Assembly: GCA_963758495.1 (NCBI GenBank)
Contig: CAVWVI010000004.1
Coordinates: 192,001-256,000, forward strand
Direction: 5' to 3'
DNA from: Oligoflexia bacterium
GTDB taxonomy: Bacteria > Bdellovibrionota > UBA1018
Length of the DNA stretch: 64,000 nucleotides
This document shows positions 1-9,480 of this stretch, piece by piece. Below the pieces are notes generated by a model that saw only the letters and a list, made by a program, of their open reading frames with translations, searched no databases and had not been told where the DNA came from. The translations under genes and the position numbers were made by a program. Position 1 is the stretch's first letter. Each line of letters starts with the position of its first letter.

Positions 1-70
1 AACTTCTTTATTTCAGAATTTTTGAAGGCCCCGACAATAAAATCAAAGCACTCACCGCTTTCGGATAGCG

Positions 71-493
71 CTACTCATCATGCCTGGGATTTCGACGCAG
101 CAATTTCTTTTGGGATTGCTTGCCTTTGTTCTCTTTCACTCGACGTTGGCTGGATCGGGAGGGCTGAGTCCTCCATCGAATTTTTGGGACTTCCACCGCC
201 CGAGAAAGGCAGATTTGAAGTTTTTCTAAGCAATCCTCCCGATTTTTCCCCTGATCTCGAAAACGATCGCTGGAAATGACAATTTCACCTTCAGAGGTAA
301 TCTTCGAGGCAAGCTTACTCAAGAGACGTGCTCGCGTATTCTCAGTAAGACTGGGGCTTGTTAATATATTCCAGCGCAGAATAGCCTTGCTATTGACCTT
401 ATTCACATTTTGACCACCAGGGCCCGAACTCCGTGCATAAGTCAACTCAATCTCAGAAAACGGGATCTTGATCTCTAATGTGATAGCCAACAT
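71..493 (-). CDS. arfB: Alternative ribosome rescue peptidyl-tRNA hydrolase ArfB
   Basis: SSGPGGQNVNKV GGQ motif; basic C-terminal tail. Confidence 0.92.
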   Translation of the reverse strand: MLAITLEIKIPFSEIELTYARSSGPGGQNVNKVNSKAILRWNILTSPSLTENTRARLLSKLASKITSEGEIVISSDRFRDQGKNREDCLEKLQICLSRAVEVPKIRWRTQPSRSSQRRVKENKGKQSQKKLLRRNPRHDE

Positions 494-607
494 AGAACGC
501 TCTCTCCGTCTCGGCTCAGGTTTCAGAGAAATAAATGCAACAGTATCCCCAAAACGGGCATTAAAAATAATGAATTTTTCTAAGGGACCTTATGTTATTC
601 ATTATTA

Positions 608-769
608 ATGAATCCTACGTGTTTTTTCTGTCGACGGGAGCCTTCCGAACAACAATGTAGCACATGCAAACGCTGGGTGTGTATCCAGTGCTCCGATTGT
701 CACAACTGTTACCCCAGAGAAGGCCGCCACGCCCTTCTTAAACTTTGGTATAGGCTTGCCCAGAAATAG
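608..769 (+). CDS. Small Cys-rich putative zinc-binding protein (53 aa, not in ORF track)
   Basis: Hand translation MNPTCFFCRREPSEQQCSTCKRWVCIQCSDCHNCYPREGRHALLKLWYRLAQK; 8 Cys in CxxC spacing; no clear RBS. Confidence 0.5.
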   Translation: MNPTCFFCRREPSEQQCSTCKRWVCIQCSDCHNCYPREGRHALLKLWYRLAQK

Positions 770-838
770 AGACGTACAAGTTAACCACGACTAAGCAATT
801 ATTGCACCCAACACCCTTCCCTGATAGAAGCGATAGAA

Positions 839-1186
839 ATGAAAGTCTATGAATATTCAAAGTGCAGTACTTGTCGAAAGGCTCTAAAATTTCTGGACAA
901 GAGAAAAATTGCCTATAAAAAATTTCCCATAGTGGAAAATCCTCCTAGCCTGAGCGATCTTAAGAAGATGCTTTCGTACTTAGGTGGCGATATTAAAAAG
1001 CTCTTCAATACCTCTGGAGTTCTCTATCGCGAAATGGGATTGAGCCAAAAGCTAGACTCCCTCTCCGTTTCGGAAGCACTGAAACTCTTGTCAGAAAATG
1101 GGAAATTAATCAAACGCCCATTTCTGCTGACCTCAAATCAGGGTGTTGTTGGTTTCAGCGAAATGGAATGGATAAAGATTTTATAA
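839..1186 (+). CDS. ArsC/Spx/MgsR family thioredoxin-fold protein
   Basis: CSTCRKA motif; LIKRP motif. Confidence 0.88.
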   Translation: MKVYEYSKCSTCRKALKFLDKRKIAYKKFPIVENPPSLSDLKKMLSYLGGDIKKLFNTSGVLYREMGLSQKLDSLSVSEALKLLSENGKLIKRPFLLTSNQGVVGFSEMEWIKIL

Positions 1187-1268
1187 AACTGGAATACTGT
1201 AAATGAGCAGATAGTCAAAACCTAGACCTAGGCTTCAGCAATCGAGCATCATTTAAAGACTTTAAGTC

Positions 1269-1493
1269 CTAAAAGACGATTCTCCAATTCCCACCATCTG
1301 GAAGAAATGTAGATCGCAGGTCCGGTAACACTCCCTTGAGGTCAATTTCTACTGGAGAAAGATCACTGAGGTTAATTTTTTTAGCTAATTCAGGAATTGG
1401 ATTTGCGACCCTTCCAGCCCAAGCAAGGGTACAACAGAACGTCAATACTAAGCATAGAGAAGGCACAAAAATACGAGCTTTTCTAGTCATCAT
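1269..1493 (-). pseudogene. Short signal-peptide ORF, probably the N-terminal remnant of a secreted protein
   Basis: Sec-like signal ending LAWA then only about 50 aa. Confidence 0.35.
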
Positions 1494-1576
1494 TCGACGA
1501 CATCATAACACGTTGAGTCACTTAGTGAATTATTCTCAGAGCTTCTTTAACCCAATTCCTGTACGCCTTAACTAAG

Positions 1577-2659
1577 ATGAATCCTTTCAAACTAAAGCAA
1601 AATTTAAAAAGGTATCCAGGTGATCAGCAAAGTACCTTGCAAGCATGGGACAGCGCGGACGAACTCATTTTACAGCACTTGAGTCAGCTCGACTTAACAG
1701 ACAAAAGAATCTTAATTCTCAATGACTCGTTTGGAGCATTGAGCTGCGCACTAGAAGGTTATAACATCACTTCTTACACGGACTCCTATTTGAGTTTCAA
1801 AAGTATCCAACTCAATAGTGAGAAAAGGATACAGCCTTTGAATCAAATCAATGGCCTTTCCGGAATGTACGATTATGTATTGATTAGGATTCCAAAAAAC
1901 ATGTCGTTTTTTGAAGACCTCCTTTGTCATTTGAGCCACCATCTTCCTTTAAATTCGAAAATCATTTGTGGTTATAGGGTCAAGCACCAAGCTAAAGCGA
2001 GTTTTGATCTCCTGAATAAATACATAGGAGAAACAAGTACAAGCCTTGCACAAAAAAAAGCGCGCCTTATTTTTGCCAGCTTTCAACGAAGTGCTGTTCC
2101 ATCCCCCTATCCGTTGCAGGTTTCCATCGATCCCTTTGAGACCTCTTTTGTAAATCACTCAAATCTCTTCAGTCGTGAGAAATTAGATATAGGGACCCGA
2201 TTCTTTCTTAATCATATTCCCAAAGGAGATTATCCGATCATCTTGGACCTCGGTTGTGCGAATGGAGTGGTTGGAGTCGCAGCAAAAAGGCTAAATCCGT
2301 CGGCAAAACTGATCTTCAGTGATGAATCCAAAATGGCAATTCAAAGTGCCACGACAAATTATAAAAATTTCTTTTCAGACGAGGCAGAGTTCCACTGGAC
2401 CCATTGCTTCGAAAATCAACCCCCTGGAAATGTGAATCTCGTCCTTTGCAATCCGCCTTTTCATCAAGGCCATACTTTAGGAGACTCGATCGCACGACAG
2501 ATGTTCACCGATGCCCATCGCGCTTTGGTAGCCGGAGGGATCCTACAAGTGATCGGAAACTCACACCTCCCCTACTCAGCGCTGCTCAAAAGGTTATTTG
2601 GAAACAGCCAAATGGTTGCTGCTAACCACAAATTCATAATTGCTAGGGCGATTAAATAA
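1577..2659 (+). CDS. rlmG: 23S rRNA m2G1835 methyltransferase RlmG-like
   Basis: LQAWDSADE, NDSFGAL, FSREKLDIGTR, DLGCANG and CNPPFHQ motifs. Confidence 0.88.
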   Translation: MNPFKLKQNLKRYPGDQQSTLQAWDSADELILQHLSQLDLTDKRILILNDSFGALSCALEGYNITSYTDSYLSFKSIQLNSEKRIQPLNQINGLSGMYDYVLIRIPKNMSFFEDLLCHLSHHLPLNSKIICGYRVKHQAKASFDLLNKYIGETSTSLAQKKARLIFASFQRSAVPSPYPLQVSIDPFETSFVNHSNLFSREKLDIGTRFFLNHIPKGDYPIILDLGCANGVVGVAAKRLNPSAKLIFSDESKMAIQSATTNYKNFFSDEAEFHWTHCFENQPPGNVNLVLCNPPFHQGHTLGDSIARQMFTDAHRALVAGGILQVIGNSHLPYSALLKRLFGNSQMVAANHKFIIARAIK

Positions 2660-2665
2660 TATCAA

Positions 2666-3142
2666 TTGGCACAACTCTCTCATAGGCTTCGTATTGAATA
2701 TGATGAAGGACCGGTCCAATCTTCCTTGATCCACTTAAAAGCCCATACTAATTTCAGTCCGGGCACACAATTCATCAACGACAAGGCTATCGGTCTCTTA
2801 GTAGATTCAATGATTCAGTTCTATCTCAAGCAGACCCCGATCCTCAAAAGCATACCAGCCCGTTCTTTAGCCTTCAGAGATCACCTGGGAAAATGGCGCC
2901 CCGATAGAAGACTCATGACTCACATTTCAAGGAAAAAGAATCGCTTCGTAATTAAGCATGTCGATAAGGATGGAGGAAGAGGAGTCTTGATTGGGATCAA
3001 AAGTACTCAGAAAGAACTAGCGGAACTGATGAGCATTGTTTCTTTTCAACCCGAACTCTATATTGCCCAGGAATTCGAACATCTTTCCGTTCTTGAGGAT
3101 AGAATAGTTGATTTGAGAATCCATATCCCGCTCTGCCTAGAC
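2666..3142 (+). pseudogene. Internal fragment of a circularly permuted ATP-grasp family gene
   Basis: FVIKHVDKDGGRGVLIG, YIAQEF and IVDLRIH motifs; no N-terminus; beyond about 3125 the frame runs antisense to the convergent gene. Confidence 0.55.
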
Positions 3143-3733
3143 TCACTCAGAACAAATTTGAACTTCATCGCAATCGCCTTTACGATAGGAATAGCAACCC
3201 GATTTGGTCTTGAACTTTTTCCACATCCAAAGGTAAGCGAATCTGGAAATACCGTTGACCTTCTCAGTTATTTCGCCATCATTTTCCCCATCAATACATA
3301 CAAACTTCTGAGACTTGGTTAATTTTTTCCATTCTCTCAAAAAAGAGCGACAGTATTCCACTGGATGCGCACGCGGAGCAGAAAAAATGTGAAGGTCACC
3401 GTCTCGTTCAGCCCAAACTTCAAGATCGCACATTGTGATTATCGGATCAGTGGAAGGCCCTTGCCCTTGATGGCCCTTCCATGTGTGATATTTGTTCTTT
3501 ACATTTTTCACTGGAAAACATTGCCAAAATAAAGAACCCGGCTGAAACTTCTTAGGAATGTAGGGTTCTGGCCTTCTTCGACATGTGTCATTGGCGAGAT
3601 CATTCTCAGTCAATATCCCATAGTGTGGAGTAATGAGTCCATGAGGATACTTTTTCGAGTAGGGTGGAGTTTCAGGCAGTGGAAGAGCGAACGCTAGCTC
3701 GAAGGAAAGAAGAAGAACTAATGAAAACAACAT
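3143..3733 (-). CDS. Secreted Cys-rich hypothetical protein, partner of the SLT gene
   Basis: Signal peptide ending AFA; several Cys; starts 4 bp after the SLT stop. Confidence 0.8.
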   Translation of the reverse strand: MLFSLVLLLSFELAFALPLPETPPYSKKYPHGLITPHYGILTENDLANDTCRRRPEPYIPKKFQPGSLFWQCFPVKNVKNKYHTWKGHQGQGPSTDPIITMCDLEVWAERDGDLHIFSAPRAHPVEYCRSFLREWKKLTKSQKFVCIDGENDGEITEKVNGISRFAYLWMWKKFKTKSGCYSYRKGDCDEVQICSE

Positions 3734-3737
3734 CGAA

Positions 3738-4619
3738 TTATTCCTTCAACTCTTTTAGACGTTTGGTAAAATTTTCCATTCCTTTTGGATTTAGATCTTT
3801 TCCAGAAAGCATATCATCAAGATATCCCTTGTAATTGGCAATCGTTTCTTCCCAGGTCGCCGACCTTTCAAGATCATTTGAAGTTAGTTTTCTTTTTTGA
3901 AACAACCATCGAATACCGGCACAGACAATGATGTTAGGATCTAAAGTATCCTTTTTGTCGATCATTACTAGATGATCTGTCAGCTCTCCTTTTGGATTGG
4001 CAAGAGCCTTGATCGCTTGGTCCGTCAATTGAAAAAGACCGTGAGTCATTCCCGCTTTTCCAGCAGGCATTTCCTTAGGGTTTACTTTGAAGGCTGATTC
4101 TGATGCGATGAGCGCTTTCACTATATCTGGGTCCAGTAAAATATCTGGCTTGAAGACTTCATTCCAATACCGGGTCCATCCACGAATAAAATTATCGTAT
4201 TTATCGGCGTCCGCGTAATCTTTTATCTTCCCAGCAGCTGGAGACCCACTAAGACCTGCAAAATGATCTGATGCGATCTGACGAATTTCATCAGGATGAA
4301 TGACGTCTTTATACACTCGCTTTTTGGTTCGATTCGGATTCTTGCAGCATCCGACAACACGGGTGGTGATTCCAGTGGGATTTTTTTCGCTGGGAGGTAC
4401 ATGCATGGGATGTGTACGCCTCCAATGTTGTCCAATTGGGCACGTTCTCCAGGGGTGAACTTTCTCCTCCACTGGTTCAGAAGGCGAGGGTTTCGGCTTC
4501 GATACCGAGGGCTTTTTCTTATCCTCTTTCTTTCCTTCCTTCTTGATACGCTTTACGACTTCCCTTATTCCACGGGTCAAAGCTAATTTGGCCAATCGTT
4601 CAAAAATATTATTCGCCAT
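3738..4619 (-). CDS. Lytic transglycosylase (SLT) domain protein with N-terminal Cys/His motif
   Basis: KALIASESAF (catalytic Glu), GLFQL, IANYKG; N-terminal HPWRTCPIGQHW...GCC; no signal peptide. Confidence 0.8.
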   Translation of the reverse strand: MANNIFERLAKLALTRGIREVVKRIKKEGKKEDKKKPSVSKPKPSPSEPVEEKVHPWRTCPIGQHWRRTHPMHVPPSEKNPTGITTRVVGCCKNPNRTKKRVYKDVIHPDEIRQIASDHFAGLSGSPAAGKIKDYADADKYDNFIRGWTRYWNEVFKPDILLDPDIVKALIASESAFKVNPKEMPAGKAGMTHGLFQLTDQAIKALANPKGELTDHLVMIDKKDTLDPNIIVCAGIRWLFQKRKLTSNDLERSATWEETIANYKGYLDDMLSGKDLNPKGMENFTKRLKELKE

Positions 4620-4625
4620 CGCCGA

Positions 4626-5099
4626 TTATCCTTTAGACGCTTTACTAAGGACTGCTTTAGGAACCAAGTCCGGATATTTACGTGCCAAGTATTCAATCAC
4701 ATCATGCTTTAGACTTTGACTGTAATTGATGAGTTCAATTGTGTCGTCTTCAGTAGCACCATCAACGTGATCGTATTCCACTGTATTTCGCTGGGTTCGG
4801 CACGTATTCAGATAATCTGCATCTGATTTACGTTTTTCTCCTAGTATTTCCGAAAGCGCCTGCAACGTCCTAAAGTGAGCATTGACGTTCTCAGGTCGAT
4901 AGCCTTCAGCATAAAGCAAAACTGTACAAAGCTTGAGCGCTGCATTGTAGGCAATGCCAAACTTCCAATCTGGAGAAAGCCCAGGGGTTTGAGCCGCTTT
5001 CAGATCTCTTTCCACAATTTCAAAAAGATCAGAAATCTCTGCGGGACTTGTCCTATGCTTCTTCAGCCAGCCGTAACTTTCCCAGTCTTTCAAGCTCAT
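4626..5099 (-). CDS. HEPN-like protein (putative toxin of a HEPN/MNT pair)
   Basis: AYNAAL, GYRP and RTQRNTVEYD motifs; overlaps the MNT gene. Confidence 0.75.
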   Translation of the reverse strand: MSLKDWESYGWLKKHRTSPAEISDLFEIVERDLKAAQTPGLSPDWKFGIAYNAALKLCTVLLYAEGYRPENVNAHFRTLQALSEILGEKRKSDADYLNTCRTQRNTVEYDHVDGATEDDTIELINYSQSLKHDVIEYLARKYPDLVPKAVLSKASKG

Positions 5100-5664
5100 T
5101 CTCACTCCCAATAATGAATTGCTTTTTTGTCTCTAATACCCGAGTTAAGAAATGGTCTTGGGACTGAATACGCTTTATATATTCTTTTTGTGAATAGACA
5201 TGCGGATTAATCTCTCTGCCAAGTTTGTCGGAAACACCGCTCAAAAGAGAAGTTACTTTCCTCAGTCCCAAATCTCCGATAATGATCAAATCAACGTCAC
5301 TGGTAGCCTTTGCTTCTCCCCGAGCTATGGAGCCAAATATGAATGCTACCTGTATTCGGTCACTCCTGAGAGCTTCCTTCAAAACAGGTACGGGCCCCAC
5401 TAGCCTGAGAACAATATTTTTCAAATCTATATAAATGGGATGTGCGGAATTTGCCATATAATAGACACGATTCCCGTCACGGGCTTCCTGAACAAGGTCT
5501 TGAGATTTGAGATTTTTGATCTCTTTTTGTACTGCGTGGGCAGTCACGCCCGCTTGTCTCGCAATGTCTCTTAAATGAAGCCTAGCGGGTGGTTCCGAGA
5601 ACAAAAGCCTGAATATTTCGGCCCTTACTTTAGAGGTAAATAATAACTCAAGAGCTTTCTTCAT
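5053..5664 (-). CDS. ArsR-like HTH plus minimal nucleotidyltransferase (MNT) antitoxin
   Basis: LFTSKVRAEI...HLRDIAR HTH; FGSIARGEAKATSDVDL matches GSx10DxD. Confidence 0.85.
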   Translation of the reverse strand: MKKALELLFTSKVRAEIFRLLFSEPPARLHLRDIARQAGVTAHAVQKEIKNLKSQDLVQEARDGNRVYYMANSAHPIYIDLKNIVLRLVGPVPVLKEALRSDRIQVAFIFGSIARGEAKATSDVDLIIIGDLGLRKVTSLLSGVSDKLGREINPHVYSQKEYIKRIQSQDHFLTRVLETKKQFIIGSENELERLGKLRLAEEA

Positions 5665-5683
5665 ATTTTTGTTTGGAACCTCT

Positions 5684-5726
5684 ATGTCTACTTATAGTAT
5701 ACATTCGTATACCTGAAGTATACATT
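5684..5726. promoter_or_regulatory. Tandem palindromic operators upstream of the MNT-HEPN operon
   Basis: ATGTCTAC-TTATA-GTATACAT and GTATAC-CTGAA-GTATAC; AGTATACATT repeated 21 bp apart. Confidence 0.55.
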
Positions 5727-5754
5727 TAAATTGGGCCCTGAGGAAAATTCGGAC

Positions 5755-5937
5755 GAAAAAAACCCGAGAGGGACTCGACTTCCGGTCGTTTCGCTTCGCA
5801 AAACGCCTACAGTCTGAGCTCCTTCGCGGCCCAGCATAGCTGGGCACCCCGCTCAATCCGCTTTTCTCGTCCTAGTCAGATGTACAAAACGCTTCGCGTT
5901 TTTTATATTTTTATACCAGCCAAATAAAAAAGGCCGG
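5755..5937. repeat. Multi-hairpin REP-like element with an inverted partial copy of the tRNA-Gln 3' end
   Basis: Hairpins GCCCAGC-ATA-GCTGGGC and AAAACGC-TTC-GCGTTTT; GTCCTAGTC (5869-5877) and CCAGCCAA (5916-5923) are reverse complements of tRNA-end sequence. Confidence 0.55.
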
Positions 5938-5965
5938 TAAGCTTACGCTTCCGGCCTTTTATTAT
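5924..5965 (-). terminator. Intrinsic terminator after tRNA-Gln
   Basis: AAAAGGCCGG...CCGGCCTTTT stem flanked by A/T tracts. Confidence 0.75.
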
Positions 5966-6039
5966 TGGCTGGGGGACTAGGACTCGAACCTAGATAGCCA
6001 GAGTCAGAGTCTGGAGTCCTACCATTAGACGATCCCCCA
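5966..6039 (-). tRNA. tRNA-Gln (CTG)
   Basis: Reverse complement TGGGGGATCGTCTAATGGTAGGAC...CCAGA-CTCTGAC-TCTGG...GGTTCGAGTCC...CCA; 74 nt. Confidence 0.95.
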
Positions 6040-6150
6040 ATATTTTAGGTCAAATTACAATCTAACAAAATGAGACTCAAATGAGACCAACGGCTTCGGT
6101 ATAACTTATCCAGGATTCTAATGTCCATCGAAAATAAAATGGACGCAATG

Positions 6151-7659
6151 CTAGAGTGTTTCCACTTTTCGCAATCGTGCCTCGACGACATCCCACGGCA
6201 AAATAGCTAAAAGCTCAAAAAGTCCTGCACTTACAAGACGCCCTGTAACGGTAAGCCGCATAGGTTGAGCAAGGTCTCCTAATTTAACTCCATGTTGCTC
6301 ACTGATCTGGCGCAATATCCCATCTAAATCTGTAGGAGTCATTCCATGATCCGCTAAGGATGGAGACTCACCCCACACCTCTTCAATGCCATTTCGTAAA
6401 ACCCCTGCTGAATTCCTCACCTTCTCACTCAAAGTCTCCTGCACATGTTTAACAGCAGTTTGAATAGGAGTTTTAAGGCTTGGATCTTTCTCCCATTTTA
6501 ATCCAGTCGTCTCTACTTCCACAACGCCTGGTGTACAAAGGGGAACCAATTGCTCAACAAGCTCTGGTAATAGTTTCACTTTAGGCTGAATTAAACTCAC
6601 CAATTGAGTACCCAGATGCGTCTTGACGCGTTTCAAAGCTTCAGGTGAAAAGTGGTGCGCGTAGTCTTCAATCACAATTCCCAAGAGTCGATCAGGAGAA
6701 GTCTGACGAATATGTGCTCCATTCAACCAAAGAAGCTTTTCCATATTAAATACCGCAGGGCTTTTTTGGACATGATCAAAAGAGAAATAATTTACCATTT
6801 CTGCAATTGAAAAAATCTCCTGATCTCCATGACTCCATCCTAATCGAGCTAGAAAATTCAGAAGGGCTTCTGGAAGATAACCCTCTGCGCGATAGACGTT
6901 AGCGGAAACTGCACCATGGCGCTTAGAAAGTTTCTTTTTATCTGCACCTAAAATCATAGGGAGATGCGCAAATTGGGGCACTGGATAATCAAAAAACCGG
7001 TAAAGATGCATTTGCTTAGGCGTATTATTAATATGATCGTCACCGCGCAAAATATGAGTCATTCGAGAATGCACATCATCTACTACGACAGAAAGATTAT
7101 AGGTAGGTGCACCGTTAGAACGAATTAAAACAAAATCATCAATATCAGGATTTTCGAATCGAATCGTGCCCCGAATTAAATCATGAAACTCAATAGATCC
7201 GTCTAAGGGGATCTTCGCACGAATCACATAGGCAGTACCTTCTGGATGATCTTTTCGATCTCTACAACGACGATCGTACTGTGGCTTTTTCCCCTCTTTT
7301 GTTGCCTTTTCACGCATGATCTCGACTTCTTGCTCGGTACAATAACAACGATAGGCATGTCCTAATGAGATCAGCTCTTCTGCCTTTTCCTTATAAACTT
7401 CCAATCTCTTACTTTGATAAATGGGCTCTTCATCCCAATTCAAACCCAGCCACTTCATTGAAGCCAAAATATCCTTTGTATACTGTTCTTCCGATCTTTC
7501 TAGGTCTGTATCTTCAATTCGAAGCAAGAACTGGCCGTTGTGCTTTTTAGCATAAAGCCAATTAAAAAGAGCGACTCGCACTCCTCCAATATGAAGAAAT
7601 CCAGTAGGTGAAGGTGCGAATCGAACACGAACAGGCTGATGATTTGAAGTATTTGCCAT
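6151..7659 (-). CDS. gltX: Glutamate--tRNA ligase
   Basis: RFAPSPTGFLHIGG; LRIEDTD; KLSKR. Confidence 0.97.
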   Translation of the reverse strand: MANTSNHQPVRVRFAPSPTGFLHIGGVRVALFNWLYAKKHNGQFLLRIEDTDLERSEEQYTKDILASMKWLGLNWDEEPIYQSKRLEVYKEKAEELISLGHAYRCYCTEQEVEIMREKATKEGKKPQYDRRCRDRKDHPEGTAYVIRAKIPLDGSIEFHDLIRGTIRFENPDIDDFVLIRSNGAPTYNLSVVVDDVHSRMTHILRGDDHINNTPKQMHLYRFFDYPVPQFAHLPMILGADKKKLSKRHGAVSANVYRAEGYLPEALLNFLARLGWSHGDQEIFSIAEMVNYFSFDHVQKSPAVFNMEKLLWLNGAHIRQTSPDRLLGIVIEDYAHHFSPEALKRVKTHLGTQLVSLIQPKVKLLPELVEQLVPLCTPGVVEVETTGLKWEKDPSLKTPIQTAVKHVQETLSEKVRNSAGVLRNGIEEVWGESPSLADHGMTPTDLDGILRQISEQHGVKLGDLAQPMRLTVTGRLVSAGLFELLAILPWDVVEARLRKVETL

Positions 7660-7697
7660 AGGATGCTTATATATCAACAATTGCAACGAACAAGGCT

Positions 7698-8525
7698 TTA
7701 TTGAGAGGAATGGAGATGAGTTTGTATGAATGGAGCTTCTGTGGAAACGGAAAGTGGGTTCTCCATCCGATAAGCATCTAAATACCTCACAATAGAGTGT
7801 CGATCCCGATCTGATAGTTTGAGCTTCACCTTGACCTCAGGGTGCCCTCCTGAGGCAAACTTGACTTCTTGTTGTTTATCTCTCACGCCTAGTAGGGAGG
7901 AACTTTGGCCTGAACTATGGCAGCTAGCACAATTCTGAACAAACAGCTTTTCGCCTCTCATAGCGGATGGATCGGTTCTACGCTTCAGAAATAAAAAACT
8001 GTAGCGATCCCTATAATTGCTCAACTCAATCCTGGCAATTTGCGGGAGGAAGAATTTTTCCAACGGCAGATCTTCTTTAAGAATTTTTGAATTAGAACTC
8101 CATGGTATTATTGAATAAATTGGGCCTCGATGATCTTGGGACTTACCAGCCCAATTGAGCGCAAGGAGAATAGGGTATTTTGAAATCATTGATCTAGGAA
8201 TCAGGGCAGACTCACCCGACGAGTTCTTCAATATGACAAGATCGATTTGAGCCCGTTGCTCACTGGGTAACTCGCTCAATCCCTTTTCGACGATTGTAGA
8301 AAGCAAAATGCCATCCCATTTTACAAGCTTCCCAGAAGAAGGGTCTTTTTCTCGGCTCGCTATCCTTTTAAATTGATTTAACTCGCCTAAAGCCCAATTT
8401 CTAAGCTCAAGACTACGACCTGAAGTAGCCCAGGAAACAGTCAATCGACCTGACTCTGTTGTCCATTGTCCGGCCTGAGCAAATTGTGAAAAAATAGCAA
8501 TAAAACCAAATACTATACACTTCAT
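7698..8525 (-). CDS. Secreted c-type cytochrome domain protein
   Basis: Signal peptide; GEKLFVQNCASCH heme-binding motif. Confidence 0.75.
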   Translation of the reverse strand: MKCIVFGFIAIFSQFAQAGQWTTESGRLTVSWATSGRSLELRNWALGELNQFKRIASREKDPSSGKLVKWDGILLSTIVEKGLSELPSEQRAQIDLVILKNSSGESALIPRSMISKYPILLALNWAGKSQDHRGPIYSIIPWSSNSKILKEDLPLEKFFLPQIARIELSNYRDRYSFLFLKRRTDPSAMRGEKLFVQNCASCHSSGQSSSLLGVRDKQQEVKFASGGHPEVKVKLKLSDRDRHSIVRYLDAYRMENPLSVSTEAPFIQTHLHSSQ

Positions 8526-8718
8526 ACTCTACCTATAATTATTTAATTTTCTTGTTCGGCTTAGCATCTCTCTGTAAAGCATTCATAGAAATAAGGAACT
8601 ACTTACGAAATAATAGCCTATTTACCTTCATTGTATCTAGTTATACCCGACCCCTAGAAAAGTATATTGGCTTCAAAAACTATTTATGCTAACAATTGTC
8701 CAGTTTTTAAGGTCACAC

Positions 8719-8750
8719 AAAGGGTGGGCCATGAGCTCGCTCTTTTTTTT
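8719..8750 (+). promoter_or_regulatory. rimP leader hairpin/attenuator
   Basis: AGGGTGGGC-CATGA-GCTCGCTCT stem (with G-U pairs) then poly-T, upstream of rimP. Confidence 0.7.
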
Positions 8751-8811
8751 GACCAGAAAGTGACTTTGAGTCTGATTTACAATTATATAAAGAATTTCAG
8801 GGATTTACTAA

Positions 8812-9471
8812 ATGGGTAACCCAACATCTGATTTGATTTCTACAGGACGGGCGGACGATCAACTTATTCAGTTGATTTCCAAGTGGATCTTCCCATTAGG
8901 TTATCAAGTCATTCATCTAGAGATTCAGTCTCACCGACAAAAAACTTTACGGGTCTATATTGATTTTTTAGAATTTAACGAAGAAAAGACCATTGGAATT
9001 GAAGATTGTGTTAAAGTCTCTCGAGCGATCGATGAACTTCTTGACCAGAGCCCTGAAGTTGGGACTGTACTGTCAGACGCATATGAACTAGAAGTTTCCT
9101 CACCGGGAGTCGATCGGCCCTTGCGTACAATGGGCGATTTTCAAAGGTTTGCGGGACGAGAGGTCCGCATTCATGTTTACCGTGCTCTAACAAGCGAAGA
9201 GCTTGATAATGCAGTGTATCATGAGAAGAACTCCAAGCAAAAGAATTTCATCGGCACTTTAATGGGTGCTGACGAGAACAAAGTTGTCCTGGCAATTTCT
9301 TCGAAAGATAAGAAATCCCAAGCGGCGGGGAAGAAGAGTGCGGCAAAGAAAAAAGCCAATCTCAAGACAAACAGCGTGGAAGGAATAGAAATCAGGATTC
9401 CCCTTCCCCTCATATCAAAAGCAAACCTCGAACCTGAGTTTAATTTCGAGGGAAGCGACGAAAGAGAGTAA
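8812..9471 (+). CDS. rimP: Ribosome maturation factor RimP
   Basis: IEDCVKVSR; YELEVSSPGVDRPL; precedes nusA. Confidence 0.93.
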   Translation: MGNPTSDLISTGRADDQLIQLISKWIFPLGYQVIHLEIQSHRQKTLRVYIDFLEFNEEKTIGIEDCVKVSRAIDELLDQSPEVGTVLSDAYELEVSSPGVDRPLRTMGDFQRFAGREVRIHVYRALTSEELDNAVYHEKNSKQKNFIGTLMGADENKVVLAISSKDKKSQAAGKKSAAKKKANLKTNSVEGIEIRIPLPLISKANLEPEFNFEGSDERE

Positions 9472-9480
9472 GAGAAGTTT

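Noticed and set aside
3143..3322. C-terminal part of ORF 2666-3322
   Set aside because: Antisense read-through into the convergent secreted gene; not ATP-grasp-like
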